Origin: Escherichia phage MLP1 | DNA length: 51,940 nt | Direction: 5' to 3' (one strand) | Sequence record: NC_079176 | Shown here: positions 18,081-27,951 of the stretch, in pieces | How the letters are laid out: each line of letters begins with the position of its first letter | How positions within the stretch are numbered: position 1 is the first letter of the stretch | Made by a program: the position numbers and the translations under genes | The notes under the pieces: generated by a model | What the model was told of the DNA's origin: nothing | The model's input: the letters and a program-made list of their open reading frames with translations, nothing else | The model's database searches: none

Positions 18081-19471
18081 TGTTAAGACCAAAACTTAAT
18101 AGAGTCTGGACTTCGAACAATGCCAACTTACGGCGTGACCCTGGGGATGCTAAGTATCTTCAAGGGTGGATTGCAGAAATCCCAACCTTCCAGGTTCTTA
18201 ACTATTTGCAGTATAAGGTTGACACTACTCTTCTGGCATTAGCTGAACGTGGTGTCTTCGAATGGGGAACTGATGTTCAGTACGGACTTGGTTCCCTTGT
18301 GTGGGACGATGCAACTCGAACTGTTTATGTTGCAACTGTTGGTTCCCCCAGTCGTACTCTTCGCCCTAGTCAGAACTTAGGGCAGTGGGCTGCAAGTGCG
18401 ATTCAAGTATCTCGTTATGACTACGACGATATTGTTAGTAAGATTTCTGCACACATTGCAGATGTTACTTCTAACCCACACAGACTAACAGCCAACATGA
18501 TTGGTGCATACAACAAAGCACAAATCGATTCGTTGATTGCTCAATATAATGCCCTTGTTGCGAGTCATGCCAACGACCGAAACAATCCCCATCAAGTAAC
18601 TGCTGCTCAGGCAGGTGCTGTACCTATCATTGGCGGCACTTATTCCGGACCTGTTACATTCCAGCAAGGTATGTTGTTTGATGCAAGTGGAACCACAAAG
18701 CTGTCATTCGGTCCTGCTGGCTTCTATATGCAGTCTGGTGATACACGTATTGGTCTGGATGCCAGTGGTGTTCCAGTTGTTGGCAAGGCTTCAACAAACA
18801 CCAACTCTCGAATCATTACTGATGCAACATTTGCAGAAGTTAAGGCTCGTGAAGAACCAAAGTATGCTGTACCAGAACCAAACTTCTGCCAGCATTTGAT
18901 TGGTGACTTCAACATCTACTACGGAAAGGGTGCAATTAACGCCCCCGATAGCTTGTACTTCAACAATGCTTACGGTGGTGCTTTGTATCGACCTGCTGGT
19001 CAAGATAATCTGGATGTGATGTATGAAGGTGTTGGATATGGTTTTATGGACTGCACAATCTGTGTAGACATTCTATCTAATACACCTCGTGCACCGAGCA
19101 GTGATGATTCTGTTGGTGTATTCTTTTCCTTAAATGGGTTGAATAACGAGAACATAGATTTCTATTTGCAGAACAAAGGGCAGCTTAATATTAACCGAAA
19201 TGCCTCTGGAGCTAGTGATTGGATTTACTATAATCTTCCTGCCCAGGTGAATCGTTGGTATCGTATTGTTGCAACTCTTAGCACAACCACTGGTCTTGAG
19301 ATTTATGTTGATGGTGTTCGTGTAGCCTCTGATACTTCTCAGAATGCTGCTGCTGCATGTGTCGGAAGATACCCACAGATTCACTATCGCCCAACATCAA
19401 GAAACTATGCGGTTCGTAACTTCCGAGTTTGGGATTTCAAGATGACACCAAACCAAGTGTCTACTTTATAA
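18080..19471 (+). CDS. tail fibre protein with C-terminal lectin/jelly-roll-like domain
   Basis: NNPHQVTAAQAGA...GGTYSGPVTF motif; C-terminal 200 aa look beta-rich. Confidence 0.5.
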   Translation: MLRPKLNRVWTSNNANLRRDPGDAKYLQGWIAEIPTFQVLNYLQYKVDTTLLALAERGVFEWGTDVQYGLGSLVWDDATRTVYVATVGSPSRTLRPSQNLGQWAASAIQVSRYDYDDIVSKISAHIADVTSNPHRLTANMIGAYNKAQIDSLIAQYNALVASHANDRNNPHQVTAAQAGAVPIIGGTYSGPVTFQQGMLFDASGTTKLSFGPAGFYMQSGDTRIGLDASGVPVVGKASTNTNSRIITDATFAEVKAREEPKYAVPEPNFCQHLIGDFNIYYGKGAINAPDSLYFNNAYGGALYRPAGQDNLDVMYEGVGYGFMDCTICVDILSNTPRAPSSDDSVGVFFSLNGLNNENIDFYLQNKGQLNINRNASGASDWIYYNLPAQVNRWYRIVATLSTTTGLEIYVDGVRVASDTSQNAAAACVGRYPQIHYRPTSRNYAVRNFRVWDFKMTPNQVSTL

Positions 19472-19480
19472 GGTAATGTA

Positions 19481-20833
19481 ATGGCTAAAGGTTGGTCATT
19501 TGGCGGCTTAGTTGCCGCCTTAAAGTCTGCTGCATTCTTAAATGCAGGTACTGCTCGTGGTGAGGTAATCACTGTTGGACAAAAGAATGCCCAGATTCCA
19601 ACCACAGCATTTGTAAGAAACTTCAACTTCAATACATACACTTTTGTAAATGGTGAAGTTCTCTACGTTGAGATGAACTCTGCTGTCAACGTTCCTCCAG
19701 AGTTGCAGAGGTGGGACTTATCTTCTGTAAGTGGTGCATATGTAATCATTACGGTTCTTGGTATATCTGATAACAGTAATGCGTCAATCTTGGTAACACA
19801 TGGTCAGGCAGCACGGCCTCCGATTATGTATTACTCTCAAGGCGTATCTGGCAGCAGGGCGTACACAGCACATGCTGTAATGACTTGTAAGAGTGCCTCA
19901 AACATGAACATTAATTTGCTTACAGGTGCCTCGGATGTTGGAATCTACTACCAAGAGTCTGATAGCGTAGCTGGTTCTGCTGGTGGTTATCCGGCAGCAA
20001 TGGCTGGTACTTTGGAAGTTCTTCCTGCGGCACATAATGTTCAGCAACGTTATACATCAATTTACGGTAACGTCTGGGTTCGAAGTCGTACACTGGATGC
20101 CTCCCAGAATTGGGCCAACTGGAGGGAGCTTGCGCGAGTTAACCAGCGTGACCGCACCACAGAAGTTGCTGCAATAGAGTTGTATAATAACACTCCGTTT
20201 ATCGACTTCCACTATGCAAACTCTGGTTTGGATTTTACTGCACGTCTTATCGCAGAGGGCTACAACCAACTTAAGTTACTTGGTACTGGTCAGGACTTTA
20301 AGCTTGATTTGCTTGGGCAGTATCGTGGCATAACTTGGGGTCGTGGTTGGGGTCAGGAGGCAGACGGCAACGTTCCTTATGGTGTATACAGTTGTCAAGT
20401 TGCACCAGACTCCTGGGTTCCTCTCGCAACGCTGAACACAATCACAACTGGACATGGATATGGCTCTTGGATTTCTTTCGGCGCTTACTCCAGAACAGCA
20501 AACTTCTCAAGTCCTGTAATCTCACGCCGAAGTGATGATGGAGCAGTGCACAACTGGTTATTCGGTCTTGATGGCAACATTGACTATACTGGTGCTGGTG
20601 GTCCTTTCCGATTTGCACGAGAGAATTGGGTTAACTCCTCATTCATGAGCGATATTCGTTTAGCATCCTACCAAGAAACTGCTGCATGGCGTGGTCCTGG
20701 CTACCGCGATGAATCTGGTTGGGTTCTTACAGCATCTTATAACACAACTTCTGATGAATTTATTGACTACGTTGGCCGTCGTAAATTGCAGAAATACATG
20801 AATGGAACATGGTATGACAGTTATTCTGTGTAA
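19481..20833 (+). CDS. tail fibre / receptor-binding protein (putative)
   Basis: 450-aa Gly/Ser/Tyr/Trp-rich ORF at end of tail module. Confidence 0.4.
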   Translation: MAKGWSFGGLVAALKSAAFLNAGTARGEVITVGQKNAQIPTTAFVRNFNFNTYTFVNGEVLYVEMNSAVNVPPELQRWDLSSVSGAYVIITVLGISDNSNASILVTHGQAARPPIMYYSQGVSGSRAYTAHAVMTCKSASNMNINLLTGASDVGIYYQESDSVAGSAGGYPAAMAGTLEVLPAAHNVQQRYTSIYGNVWVRSRTLDASQNWANWRELARVNQRDRTTEVAAIELYNNTPFIDFHYANSGLDFTARLIAEGYNQLKLLGTGQDFKLDLLGQYRGITWGRGWGQEADGNVPYGVYSCQVAPDSWVPLATLNTITTGHGYGSWISFGAYSRTANFSSPVISRRSDDGAVHNWLFGLDGNIDYTGAGGPFRFARENWVNSSFMSDIRLASYQETAAWRGPGYRDESGWVLTASYNTTSDEFIDYVGRRKLQKYMNGTWYDSYSV

Positions 20834-21344
20834 GTATGAGGGGTTTGTTGAGAACACAAACCTGACTGAAAACCAGCAAGTGCTCAAGGATGAGCACAAG
20901 ATTCTCTTCGGATGTGATAAGAGTGGAACATGCTGGTATAAGATTCGCAAATCTTTAAAAGATGGTACGGCCAAAGTTGTCTACGAAAATGATGGCTCTA
21001 TCCGACACATTGACTTTGGTCCTGGTGACACTGTGGCCACACCGCTTGGTGGGAACATAGTTGAATTGGATGCGCTGCCAGAAGGTGTCGCAGAAGAAAT
21101 GCACTTCTGGAAGTTTGATGGTAAGAAGTTTGTACCTCATACCGAGAACCGCATGCTGTTCAACAAGTTCCGTCAGGGTAAAGTAATCTCCCGTTTATCA
21201 GAACAGATTGCTCTGCTTGATAGTGTGTTTGAATTGAAGATGCAAGAGAAGGGTGATGAAGAGGCTCTTCTTGATTTGAAGAAGAAGCGCATTCTTGTAT
21301 CTCGAATGGACTTAACTAAAACAATCGACTGGAAAGAATTCTAA
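20814..21344 (+). CDS. putative tail fibre assembly protein
   Basis: About 176-aa ORF immediately after the distal fibre gene; start ambiguous (ATG 20802 or 20814). Confidence 0.3.
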   Translation: MTVILCKYEGFVENTNLTENQQVLKDEHKILFGCDKSGTCWYKIRKSLKDGTAKVVYENDGSIRHIDFGPGDTVATPLGGNIVELDALPEGVAEEMHFWKFDGKKFVPHTENRMLFNKFRQGKVISRLSEQIALLDSVFELKMQEKGDEEALLDLKKKRILVSRMDLTKTIDWKEF

Positions 21345-21685
21345 TGGATAGACAAACTTTCCAAATGGTTTGGGAAGCAATGCACCAGTATGGAGTTCTT
21401 CATGGACTCCTAGCTGGATTGACTGCACTCATTCGTGGGGCGTACGAAAAGGAAGGCTTGCTGAAAGCTATTCTTGATGCCCTACTTTGTGTAGTCATTG
21501 GTACGTTTGTTTTCTCCCTACCTGGCTTCGTGGACATATTCAAAGATGAACCGCGCTATGCCACAATCGCTGCAATGGTGATTGGTTTGATTGGGGCTAA
21601 CCTAATCATTACCACAATTCGAGATTGCTTCACTGCTGCAATCAAACAACTCAACCCACTCAATTGGTTTAAGAAGGCCAAATAA
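21344..21685 (+). CDS. holin (three predicted transmembrane segments, lambda S-like layout)
   Basis: Hydrophobic stretches VLHGLLAGLTALI, LLCVVIGTFVFSL, ATIAAMVIGLIGANLIITTI; IRGAYEKEG...LDALLC resembles lambda S LRGRYNGG...IDATMC; directly upstream of a hydrolase. Confidence 0.6.
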   Translation: MDRQTFQMVWEAMHQYGVLHGLLAGLTALIRGAYEKEGLLKAILDALLCVVIGTFVFSLPGFVDIFKDEPRYATIAAMVIGLIGANLIITTIRDCFTAAIKQLNPLNWFKKAK

Positions 21686-21700
21686 TGCAAACAAGGAACT

Positions 21701-22261
21701 ATGATGCCCTCAGCACAAGTTCTTGCATTTCTGTTGGTGAGTCTGTTTCACGCAAATGTCCCAGCTTCGGCTGGGGCAGTGAACGCCACTATTACAGAAT
21801 TTGCAAGTCAATCCTATTTAAATGGAAGTCTGAAACTATCTTCTTCACAACGCAAAGAGCTAGAATGCTATACTAAAGTAATTTGGTTTGAAGCTCGTGG
21901 AGAAAGCAAACATGGAAAGATTCTGGTAGCTAATGTCGTCCGTAATCGAATCAAATTCGGGAAGCCATTCGCTAACACCGTTTGCGATGTAGTTTATCAA
22001 CGCAACCAGTTTGCTTGGACAAGAGAAGTAAAGAAGAAGAATGCTCAATGGAAGAACATAGTTAAAACAAATTGGAAGACTGAATCAAAACAGGTTTGGG
22101 ACGCCATGAATGTGGCAATTAGCTTCGCACTGTTGGATGCCCCAGATGTAACCGATGCCACTCACTTCTGCACAGCTACAGAGAAATGCAATTTCAAAAG
22201 GGTTGTTGGAAGAGGAACCTACGGTGGACACAAATTTTATAAGTATTTAGGAAATAAATAA
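21701..22261 (+). CDS. SleB-type cell wall hydrolase with N-terminal signal sequence
   Basis: WFEARGE...VANVVRNR...NQFAW matches the conserved core of the SleB/Hydrolase_2 family; N-terminus [24 protein letters not shown] is signal-like. Confidence 0.55.
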   Translation: MMPSAQVLAFLLVSLFHANVPASAGAVNATITEFASQSYLNGSLKLSSSQRKELECYTKVIWFEARGESKHGKILVANVVRNRIKFGKPFANTVCDVVYQRNQFAWTREVKKKNAQWKNIVKTNWKTESKQVWDAMNVAISFALLDAPDVTDATHFCTATEKCNFKRVVGRGTYGGHKFYKYLGNK

Positions 22262-22263
22262 TA

Positions 22264-23382
22264 ATGGCTTACACTACCTTTTCACAAACCAAGAATAACC
22301 AACTATTAGAACCAATGTTCTTTGGTCAGAACGTCAACGTTGCTCGCTATGACCAACAGAAGTATGGCATATTCGAGAAGTTGATTGAGAAACAATTGTC
22401 ATTCTTCTGGCGACCGGAAGAGGTAGATGTTTCACAGGACCGTATTGATTATCAGAAGCTCCCACCAAATGAGCAGCACATTTTCACCAGTAATTTGCGC
22501 TATCAAATCCTTCTGGACTCCATTCAGGGACGTGGACCTAACACAGTTTTGCTACCAATCGTTAGCATTCCTGAGCTAGAAACTTGGATTGAAACTTGGT
22601 CTTTCTCTGAGACTATCCATTCACGTTCTTACACCCACATCATTCGTAATATTGTTACAGACCCAAGCATTATCTTTGATGAAATCGTAACTAACGAACA
22701 CATCAAAGCACGAGCAATTGGCATCTCCCAATATTATGACGAACTTCAACAACTCACTGCATTATGGCAGTTGTTCGGAGAAGGGAACCATGCTGGTCAT
22801 GAAATTAGTCTGCGAGAGTTGAAGAAGAAGCTCTATCTGTGCCTCATGTCCATCAATGCACTGGAAGCAATTCGATTCTATGTCAGCTTTGCTTGCTCAT
22901 TTGCCTTCGCTGAACGTAAGCTAATGGAAGGAAATGCCAAGATTATTCGACTGATTGCACGAGATGAAGCACTACATTTGACCGGAACTCAGCACATGTT
23001 GAATATTCTGGCGAGTGGTAAAGATGACCCAGAAATGGGCGAAATTGCTCAAGAATGTCGTGAAGAATGCCAGAAATTGTTCGAAGATGCTGCTCAACAG
23101 GAGAAAGATTGGGCTGATTATCTGTTCAAAGATGGCTCCATGATTGGCTTAAACAAGCAAATTCTGTGCGGATATGTGGAATATATTACGAATATTCGTA
23201 TGCAAGCGGTTGGATTAGATGCTCCATTCAAAGGTGCAACTAACCCGATTCCATGGATTAACGCATGGTTGAATTCGGATGCTGTACAGGTTGCTCCACA
23301 GGAAACGGAGATTAGTTCATACCTGGTCGGGCAAATTGACTCCGAAGTTGATACCAATGCGCTCAGTGGATTCGAGTTGTAA
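22264..23382 (+). CDS. nrdB: ribonucleotide reductase class Ia small (beta) subunit
   Basis: Near-colinear with E. coli NrdB from [11 protein letters not shown] to the C-terminal R1-binding tail; radical Tyr context RSYTHII and iron ligands ([16 protein letters not shown]) present. Confidence 0.9.
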   Translation: MAYTTFSQTKNNQLLEPMFFGQNVNVARYDQQKYGIFEKLIEKQLSFFWRPEEVDVSQDRIDYQKLPPNEQHIFTSNLRYQILLDSIQGRGPNTVLLPIVSIPELETWIETWSFSETIHSRSYTHIIRNIVTDPSIIFDEIVTNEHIKARAIGISQYYDELQQLTALWQLFGEGNHAGHEISLRELKKKLYLCLMSINALEAIRFYVSFACSFAFAERKLMEGNAKIIRLIARDEALHLTGTQHMLNILASGKDDPEMGEIAQECREECQKLFEDAAQQEKDWADYLFKDGSMIGLNKQILCGYVEYITNIRMQAVGLDAPFKGATNPIPWINAWLNSDAVQVAPQETEISSYLVGQIDSEVDTNALSGFEL

Positions 23383-23440
23383 CGATTAAATGGGAGAAGA
23401 GATTCGATGCGTTAGCGTCGTTTCTCTTTGAGCTAGAATA

Positions 23441-23468
23441 AAATAAGTAAGTTTTCAATATTACTTAT
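23441..23468 (+). other. perfect 9-bp-stem hairpin (AATAAGTAA/TTACTTATT)
   Basis: Read directly; 10-nt loop; lies in the gap between nrdB and the RNAP gene. Confidence 0.3.
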
Positions 23469-23537
23469 TCCCAATATTGCTACAATATTTAAAGTAGTAT
23501 TAGGAATGCGTAAAGTTCAAAACCAAGTGGTACATGG

Positions 23538-23591
23538 TCGGTCAACTGTATCTGGACATGGATTCGTTCACAATCGGTCAGCTGTATCTAG
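23538..23591 (+). repeat. direct repeat pair TCGGTCARCTGTATCTRG, spacing 36 bp
   Basis: Copies at 23538-23555 and 23574-23591; palindrome TGTTCGAACA at 23600-23609. Confidence 0.5.
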
Positions 23592-23678
23592 CCGGAATTT
23601 GTTCGAACAGTGGTCCGGCTATGTTATAAAAATTTTTATATAATTTTTTTTTTAATTTTAAATATTGTTACGGAATTA

Positions 23679-23730
23679 ATGAGACTCGAATTGTTTCAAT
23701 ATTAACGAGACTCAATCTGTGACAATATTA
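23679..23730 (+). repeat. tandem imperfect 26-bp direct repeat (about 20/26 identical)
   Basis: atgagactcgaattgtttcaatatta / acgagactcaatctgtgacaatatta, back to back. Confidence 0.5.
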
Positions 23731-23899
23731 TAATTTTATTTTTGGGCCAGCGGGGAGGGGGAAGTTGTGACATTATTATTTTAAAATTTTTATCTCCGAG
23801 GAGGGGAAGCCCAACGTCCTATCGGACTTAAATACGGTCCCTACCCCCAACTTTTTCCTGTAGCCTATCGGCTTTCAAACAACACCAAGTTAGGTAGTG

Positions 23900-23921
23900 G
23901 GTCAAGGTCAAGGTCAAAGTC
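23900..23921 (+). repeat. (GGTCAA)x3 tandem hexamer
   Basis: ggtcaaggtcaaggtcaaagtc read directly. Confidence 0.5.
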
Positions 23922-23955
23922 TCCGTGCTGTGCTAACAATGGCACAGGTTTGTGA

Positions 23956-23972
23956 TATTAGTTGGACGTGAA
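23956..23972 (+). promoter_or_regulatory. copy of recurrent 17-bp motif (tATTAGTTGGAcGTGAA), candidate phage promoter
   Basis: Member of an 8-copy family with consensus CATTAGTTGGATGTGAA, all in + orientation; 67 bp upstream of RNAP start. Confidence 0.4.
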
Positions 23973-24038
23973 TTGTGTAATGGCTACGCTATTATAATCC
24001 GTTTCATTCAAATCATACACAATCTTGGAGACTTACAA

Positions 24039-25979
24039 ATGACTACTATCACTACTCAAACTATCAAATCTGTTGTTCCTGCTATCACTGCTCTGGTATA
24101 CCGTGCCAAAGAGAAGCAGAACTACATGGTTCCACAGACTTGTGCTATTGCTGCCTTAGCCATATTCAAGATGATGACGTCTTTCACGCGTGATGACGTT
24201 ATTCCTGCTATCTCGATGGTTGAACTGGCTTCTGCTTCCATTGCTGATGCCAACCGTTACAACAACGACTTAAAGTCAATGCACTATGTTGACCCAGCTA
24301 TCAACCTCATTGGTTTGGCTAAACACTTCGGTTTCATCACCATGAACGAAGACAAATCGTTCCAGATGACTGATGCGTGGGTTGAACTGGTTACAACCAA
24401 AGATACCTCAGTTCCATTCACTGAGCGGGTAACAACTGAATCTCGTCGTAAGCCTTTCGTTAAGGGTGGCAAAGTTAAGCCATCCAAGACTCTGAAAGCT
24501 GCAATCGAATTCCTGCAAGATACTGAATATCACGTTGATGCAACAATGGTTAAGGTTATCTCTTCCATGTTAGAACAACGTACATTTGGTGGCTTACAGA
24601 TGCCAGAAGCAATCCAGACTGAACTCCATGTTTGGAACAATGCTGTAGCAATGGTTGGTCAGGACACTCTGTTCTCTGACTACTTTGCTGATAACCGTGG
24701 TCGTTTATATCACGTAGCATGTGCTGGTCCTAACCCACAATCATCTGACTTTGCTCGTTGCCTGTATTCCCACAATGTTGAGAACACTGTGAGCAAGTTT
24801 AATGCTGATGGTTCAACAACTCTGGCATACAACATGTTCATGCTTGAGCTGGAAGATATTGCTGGTGGAGACTGGACTTCTGCAAAACGTTTAACTTATG
24901 TTGCACAGAATCCTGCTGGTTCTTTGGCTCGTATGCTGAACATGCCTAAAGGTGAGCGTCCTTCCAAGCCATTCACTTATGTTCGTCTGGCTCTGGATTG
25001 GTTCAAGTTTGAGACTACAGGTGAGTGTGATTCTCGTGTAGGCTTTGGCTTAGATGCTAAATGTTCTGGTACTCAATACTTGGCATTCATTGCTGGTAAC
25101 ATGGAGATGGCTCGTGCAACAGGTCTGGTTGATTCTGAGACTAAAGCATCTGACCCATACCAGTTATCTCTTCGTGAACTGTTGAAGTTATTAGACCGTT
25201 CTTCAATGAAACCATCCGCTGAAATTATGGATGAATTCTTGAATCCGAAAGCTGGTCGTAAGTTTATCAAGACTCCATACATGGCTATTCAATATGGTGG
25301 TGGTAAAGCAGCATTAACTGGTTCTTCTGACTTCATTGCATACATGACAGAAGCTCTCCAGATTCCTATGGAGAAAGCTGATGCATTTGCTGAACTGTGT
25401 GTTGAAGCAATTCATAACGCATTGGGTGCTAAGATTAACATGTTCATTGAGAAAGCTGCTGATGCTGCATACAACCGTTGTGTTGAACTCAACAAAGAGT
25501 ACATCACATATAAGCACACTGATGGTCAAGTTGTAATGAAGCCTTGCTTCCCATCTCGTGATGTTTGTGATGCATTCAGCATTCGTGTTGACTCTCAAAC
25601 TCGTGTCATCTTTGGTCAGATTCAGGAAGAGAAACCTTGGACCATTCGTGAGTCCAATCCGACTAAAGAAGAATTCAAACGTACCTTCGTTGTTAACTAC
25701 ATTCAAGGTATTGACGCATTGGTTGCTCGTACTGTTGCAGTCAAAGCTAAAGAAGCTGGTCTTCGTGGCTTTACTTCAATTCACGACTGTTTCCGTTGCT
25801 GCTTAGCTGATGCTCCACTCATGATGGAAGTAATTCGTTCTGCTTATATTGAAATCTTTGTTAATAATAATCAGTTTGAATCTCTATCTAAGCAACTTGG
25901 TGGCATCAACATGTACCATGAGAACATCGTAACAGAAGAGCTTCTGATGAGCGAACACGCTTACTACTTCTGTCAATAA
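24039..25979 (+). CDS. single-subunit T7-type DNA-dependent RNA polymerase, compact form
   Basis: DAKCSGTQY (T7 motif A DGSCSGIQHF), RKFIKTPYMAIQYGGG (motif B), FTSIHDCF (motif C, T7 IHDSFG); ATG 24039 has GGAG ribosome-binding site; ORF track's upstream start at 23952 has none. Confidence 0.85.
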   Translation: MTTITTQTIKSVVPAITALVYRAKEKQNYMVPQTCAIAALAIFKMMTSFTRDDVIPAISMVELASASIADANRYNNDLKSMHYVDPAINLIGLAKHFGFITMNEDKSFQMTDAWVELVTTKDTSVPFTERVTTESRRKPFVKGGKVKPSKTLKAAIEFLQDTEYHVDATMVKVISSMLEQRTFGGLQMPEAIQTELHVWNNAVAMVGQDTLFSDYFADNRGRLYHVACAGPNPQSSDFARCLYSHNVENTVSKFNADGSTTLAYNMFMLELEDIAGGDWTSAKRLTYVAQNPAGSLARMLNMPKGERPSKPFTYVRLALDWFKFETTGECDSRVGFGLDAKCSGTQYLAFIAGNMEMARATGLVDSETKASDPYQLSLRELLKLLDRSSMKPSAEIMDEFLNPKAGRKFIKTPYMAIQYGGGKAALTGSSDFIAYMTEALQIPMEKADAFAELCVEAIHNALGAKINMFIEKAADAAYNRCVELNKEYITYKHTDGQVVMKPCFPSRDVCDAFSIRVDSQTRVIFGQIQEEKPWTIRESNPTKEEFKRTFVVNYIQGIDALVARTVAVKAKEAGLRGFTSIHDCFRCCLADAPLMMEVIRSAYIEIFVNNNQFESLSKQLGGINMYHENIVTEELLMSEHAYYFCQ

Positions 25980-26020
25980 CATTAATTGGTCAAGGATGAC
26001 CACAAACTTGGAGACTTAAA

Positions 26021-26119
26021 ATGAATACTCAACAAATCAAACAAATCGAAAATTGTTTCAATCCTCACCACACTTGCAGCATGATTGATTTATCTCGTCC
26101 TACAGTGGGGGGAGACTAA
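26021..26119 (+). CDS. small ORF (32 aa), hypothetical
   Basis: Initiation region CTTGGAGACTTAAAATG is near-identical to the RNAP one (CTTGGAGACTTACAAATG). Confidence 0.3.
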   Translation: MNTQQIKQIENCFNPHHTCSMIDLSRPTVGGD

Positions 26120-26227
26120 AGACTTCTTAGAATTGTTGTCAGAATATAAACAAGAGTCGCATGTATTATTGCACGCATTCTTGCATAATTCTGGATATTT
26201 CGATACAGAGATACCGTTCTGATATTT

Positions 26228-26250
26228 GGGAGCTTCGGCTCCCTTTTCTT
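26228..26250 (+). terminator. intrinsic terminator (GGGAGC-UUCG-GCUCCC then UUUUCUU)
   Basis: Perfect 6-bp GC stem, UUCG tetraloop, T-run; read directly. Confidence 0.55.
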
Positions 26251-26275
26251 GTTTCAACTAGTCTTAAGGTTGTAG

Positions 26276-26292
26276 CATTAGTTGCATGTGAA
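26276..26292 (+). promoter_or_regulatory. 17-bp motif copy CATTAGTTGcATGTGAA
   Basis: 24 bp upstream of ATG 26316. Confidence 0.4.
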
Positions 26293-26315
26293 TAACAAAC
26301 AATTTGGAGAATATC

Positions 26316-26480
26316 ATGTTCACAGTTCATTATCAAATAGTCGGCAAGTTTGAGAATTACGAAGAGTGCAATACATTAGCTGAAGCTCGTGCATTTGCTG
26401 CATCTTTAAAAGATACGGTATATGTTGATATTGTAGATGGTGATAAAGAGTATCCACTTGTAGCACCTGCATTACACTGA
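26316..26480 (+). CDS. small hypothetical protein (54 aa)
   Basis: GGAG ribosome-binding site 7 nt upstream; preceded by motif copy. Confidence 0.4.
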   Translation: MFTVHYQIVGKFENYEECNTLAEARAFAASLKDTVYVDIVDGDKEYPLVAPALH

Positions 26481-26531
26481 TTCCCAATATTCGAGCAATA
26501 TTACTGCATGTAGTATTGCTCCGATATTCGA

Positions 26532-26548
26532 CATTAGTTGGATGTGAA
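26532..26548 (+). promoter_or_regulatory. 17-bp motif copy CATTAGTTGGATGTGAA (consensus)
   Basis: Exact consensus. Confidence 0.4.
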
Positions 26549-27412
26549 GTAACAGAATACGGAGAAGTATTCCGCATGTCATGTTGAAATCATTCTAGAA
26601 ACATTTCAGCATGTCAACTAAACACACAGTGTTGTAATGATGTGGCAATCATTGAACTCCCTGTCTTTGGCCAGACAAAGTTCCAGCAACCATGTGTGAA
26701 GTAGGAATATTATTCGAAACTGTTCTTCAACCCAAGCATGTTCACTTGTTTCCAATTGAGCTTCATCTCCTATTATCAAGGCCCACCCACAAGCCGGGAG
26801 ATAACTTTGGCAAGACTGGAACTTTTGGACATGCTTCTTTCTTTCAATCAGAATTCGAAAGAAGAGAAGAGGTCGGACAATATGGCAACAGAGCATCGAG
26901 ATTAGTCTCGTAGCCGCCCCGATTTTGAGCAACAAATATTGTGGCAATATTGTCATAGTATGGCATGTAAATATTGCTACAAATTAGCATGTTAGAATGT
27001 GGCAGAATTGTTAGAGGACTAATCACCTCGAAGATACAATTGTCTACCAATCCGGCATGTTAATTTTGTAACAGTATTTGTGCCAATTTCGCATGTAATA
27101 AATGTATCAATATTCACCCAATATTCTTGCAACCCGCATGAATACTGGCTTCCAGCCAAGCGAAGGCTTTATCATCGCATGTAAATATTGTGACAATATT
27201 GGGATAAAACCCTTTATTTATTTCTGTAGTTTTTGTATTAAATGGTCGGTTTTCCGTACCTGTTGCGCCACTTCTTGATGTGCCAAATACATTCAAGGTG
27301 GGAGTAAACCTGTAATTAATGATGCATGTTTGATTGTGACTAAATTCGTCTATTTGGCAGATGAATTGGTTGCAATTAAGCATGTCCATTTATCATTAGT
27401 TGCATGTGAATA

Positions 27413-27429
27413 AGACCAAATCTCTGTAA
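27413..27429 (+). promoter_or_regulatory. 17-bp motif copy CATTAGTTGcATGTGAA
   Basis: Read directly. Confidence 0.4.
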
Positions 27430-27698
27430 ATTCTGCTGAAATTGTGTGACAGATTTTAGAGAGATTATGTCTCCAAGCTAATCATTGTAGTTTTCGGCAC
27501 TTAATGTGTCACATATATAGCCTGTGAAAAACGTGTGGTTTATTGCTGGATTGCAACGCGCCCACCAGACTAGGAAGTCCATGATGGCGGCACACACAGG
27601 AATACTATATAACTCCCTGATTCTTTAAGGTGGATTAAGGTAATACAAGACCTCCACAATCGTTATGACGGGAGTTTTCTTTTAACTTAGGAGAATAA

Positions 27699-27950
27699 AT
27701 GGATACCATCAACAAACGTGCAAAATTTGCTGACCTGTCAGAAGGTCAAATCTTCACTTACAATTCTATCAAATGTATTAAGGTGGAAGGTGAGTGTGGT
27801 TTATACAACACTGTAAGATTTCATGACTCAAGCCGTGCATGTAAACTTAAAGACAGTGATGTTGTTGAAATTGAAATCGAATTAGAGCCAGATGGTTCAA
27901 ATGATGAAATCATTCTGCGTAAAACTGTTGGATACACTAAAGGATTCTGA
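27699..27950 (+). CDS. hypothetical early protein
   Basis: Strong ribosome-binding site TTAGGAGAATAAATG. Confidence 0.45.
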   Translation: MDTINKRAKFADLSEGQIFTYNSIKCIKVEGECGLYNTVRFHDSSRACKLKDSDVVEIEIELEPDGSNDEIILRKTVGYTKGF

Positions 27951-27951
27951 A

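Larger units (their letters stand above)
26481..27698 (+). repeat. 1.2-kb ORF-poor region dense in GCATGT-(A/T-rich)-TTG and CAATATT motifs
   Basis: At least 12 GCATGT-containing copies (e.g. GCATGTAAATATTG at 26981 and 27196); contains two 17-bp motif copies; only weak ORFs, mostly on the minus strand. Confidence 0.5.

Noticed and set aside
21685-21876. 63-aa ORF starting on the holin stop (MQTRNYD...)
   Set aside because: It overlaps the signal-peptide-bearing SleB-type ORF in another frame, which has the clear family motif
23962-23998. Sigma-70-type promoter upstream of the RNAP gene (TTGGAC ... TATAAT)
   Set aside because: Spacer between the two hexamers is about 25 bp, too long; a host promoter may exist in the gap but could not be placed confidently
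26692-26913. + strand 73-aa ORF inside the repeat-rich gap
   Set aside because: No ribosome-binding site, atypical composition; kept only as part of the non-coding region description
26320-27389. Minus-strand ORFs of 68-112 aa in the repeat-rich gap (26320-26577, 26618-26956, 26844-27050, 27114-27389)
   Set aside because: Every well-supported gene is on the + strand; these lack ribosome-binding sites, have odd composition, and their Met codons coincide with the reverse complement of the repeated GCATGT motif
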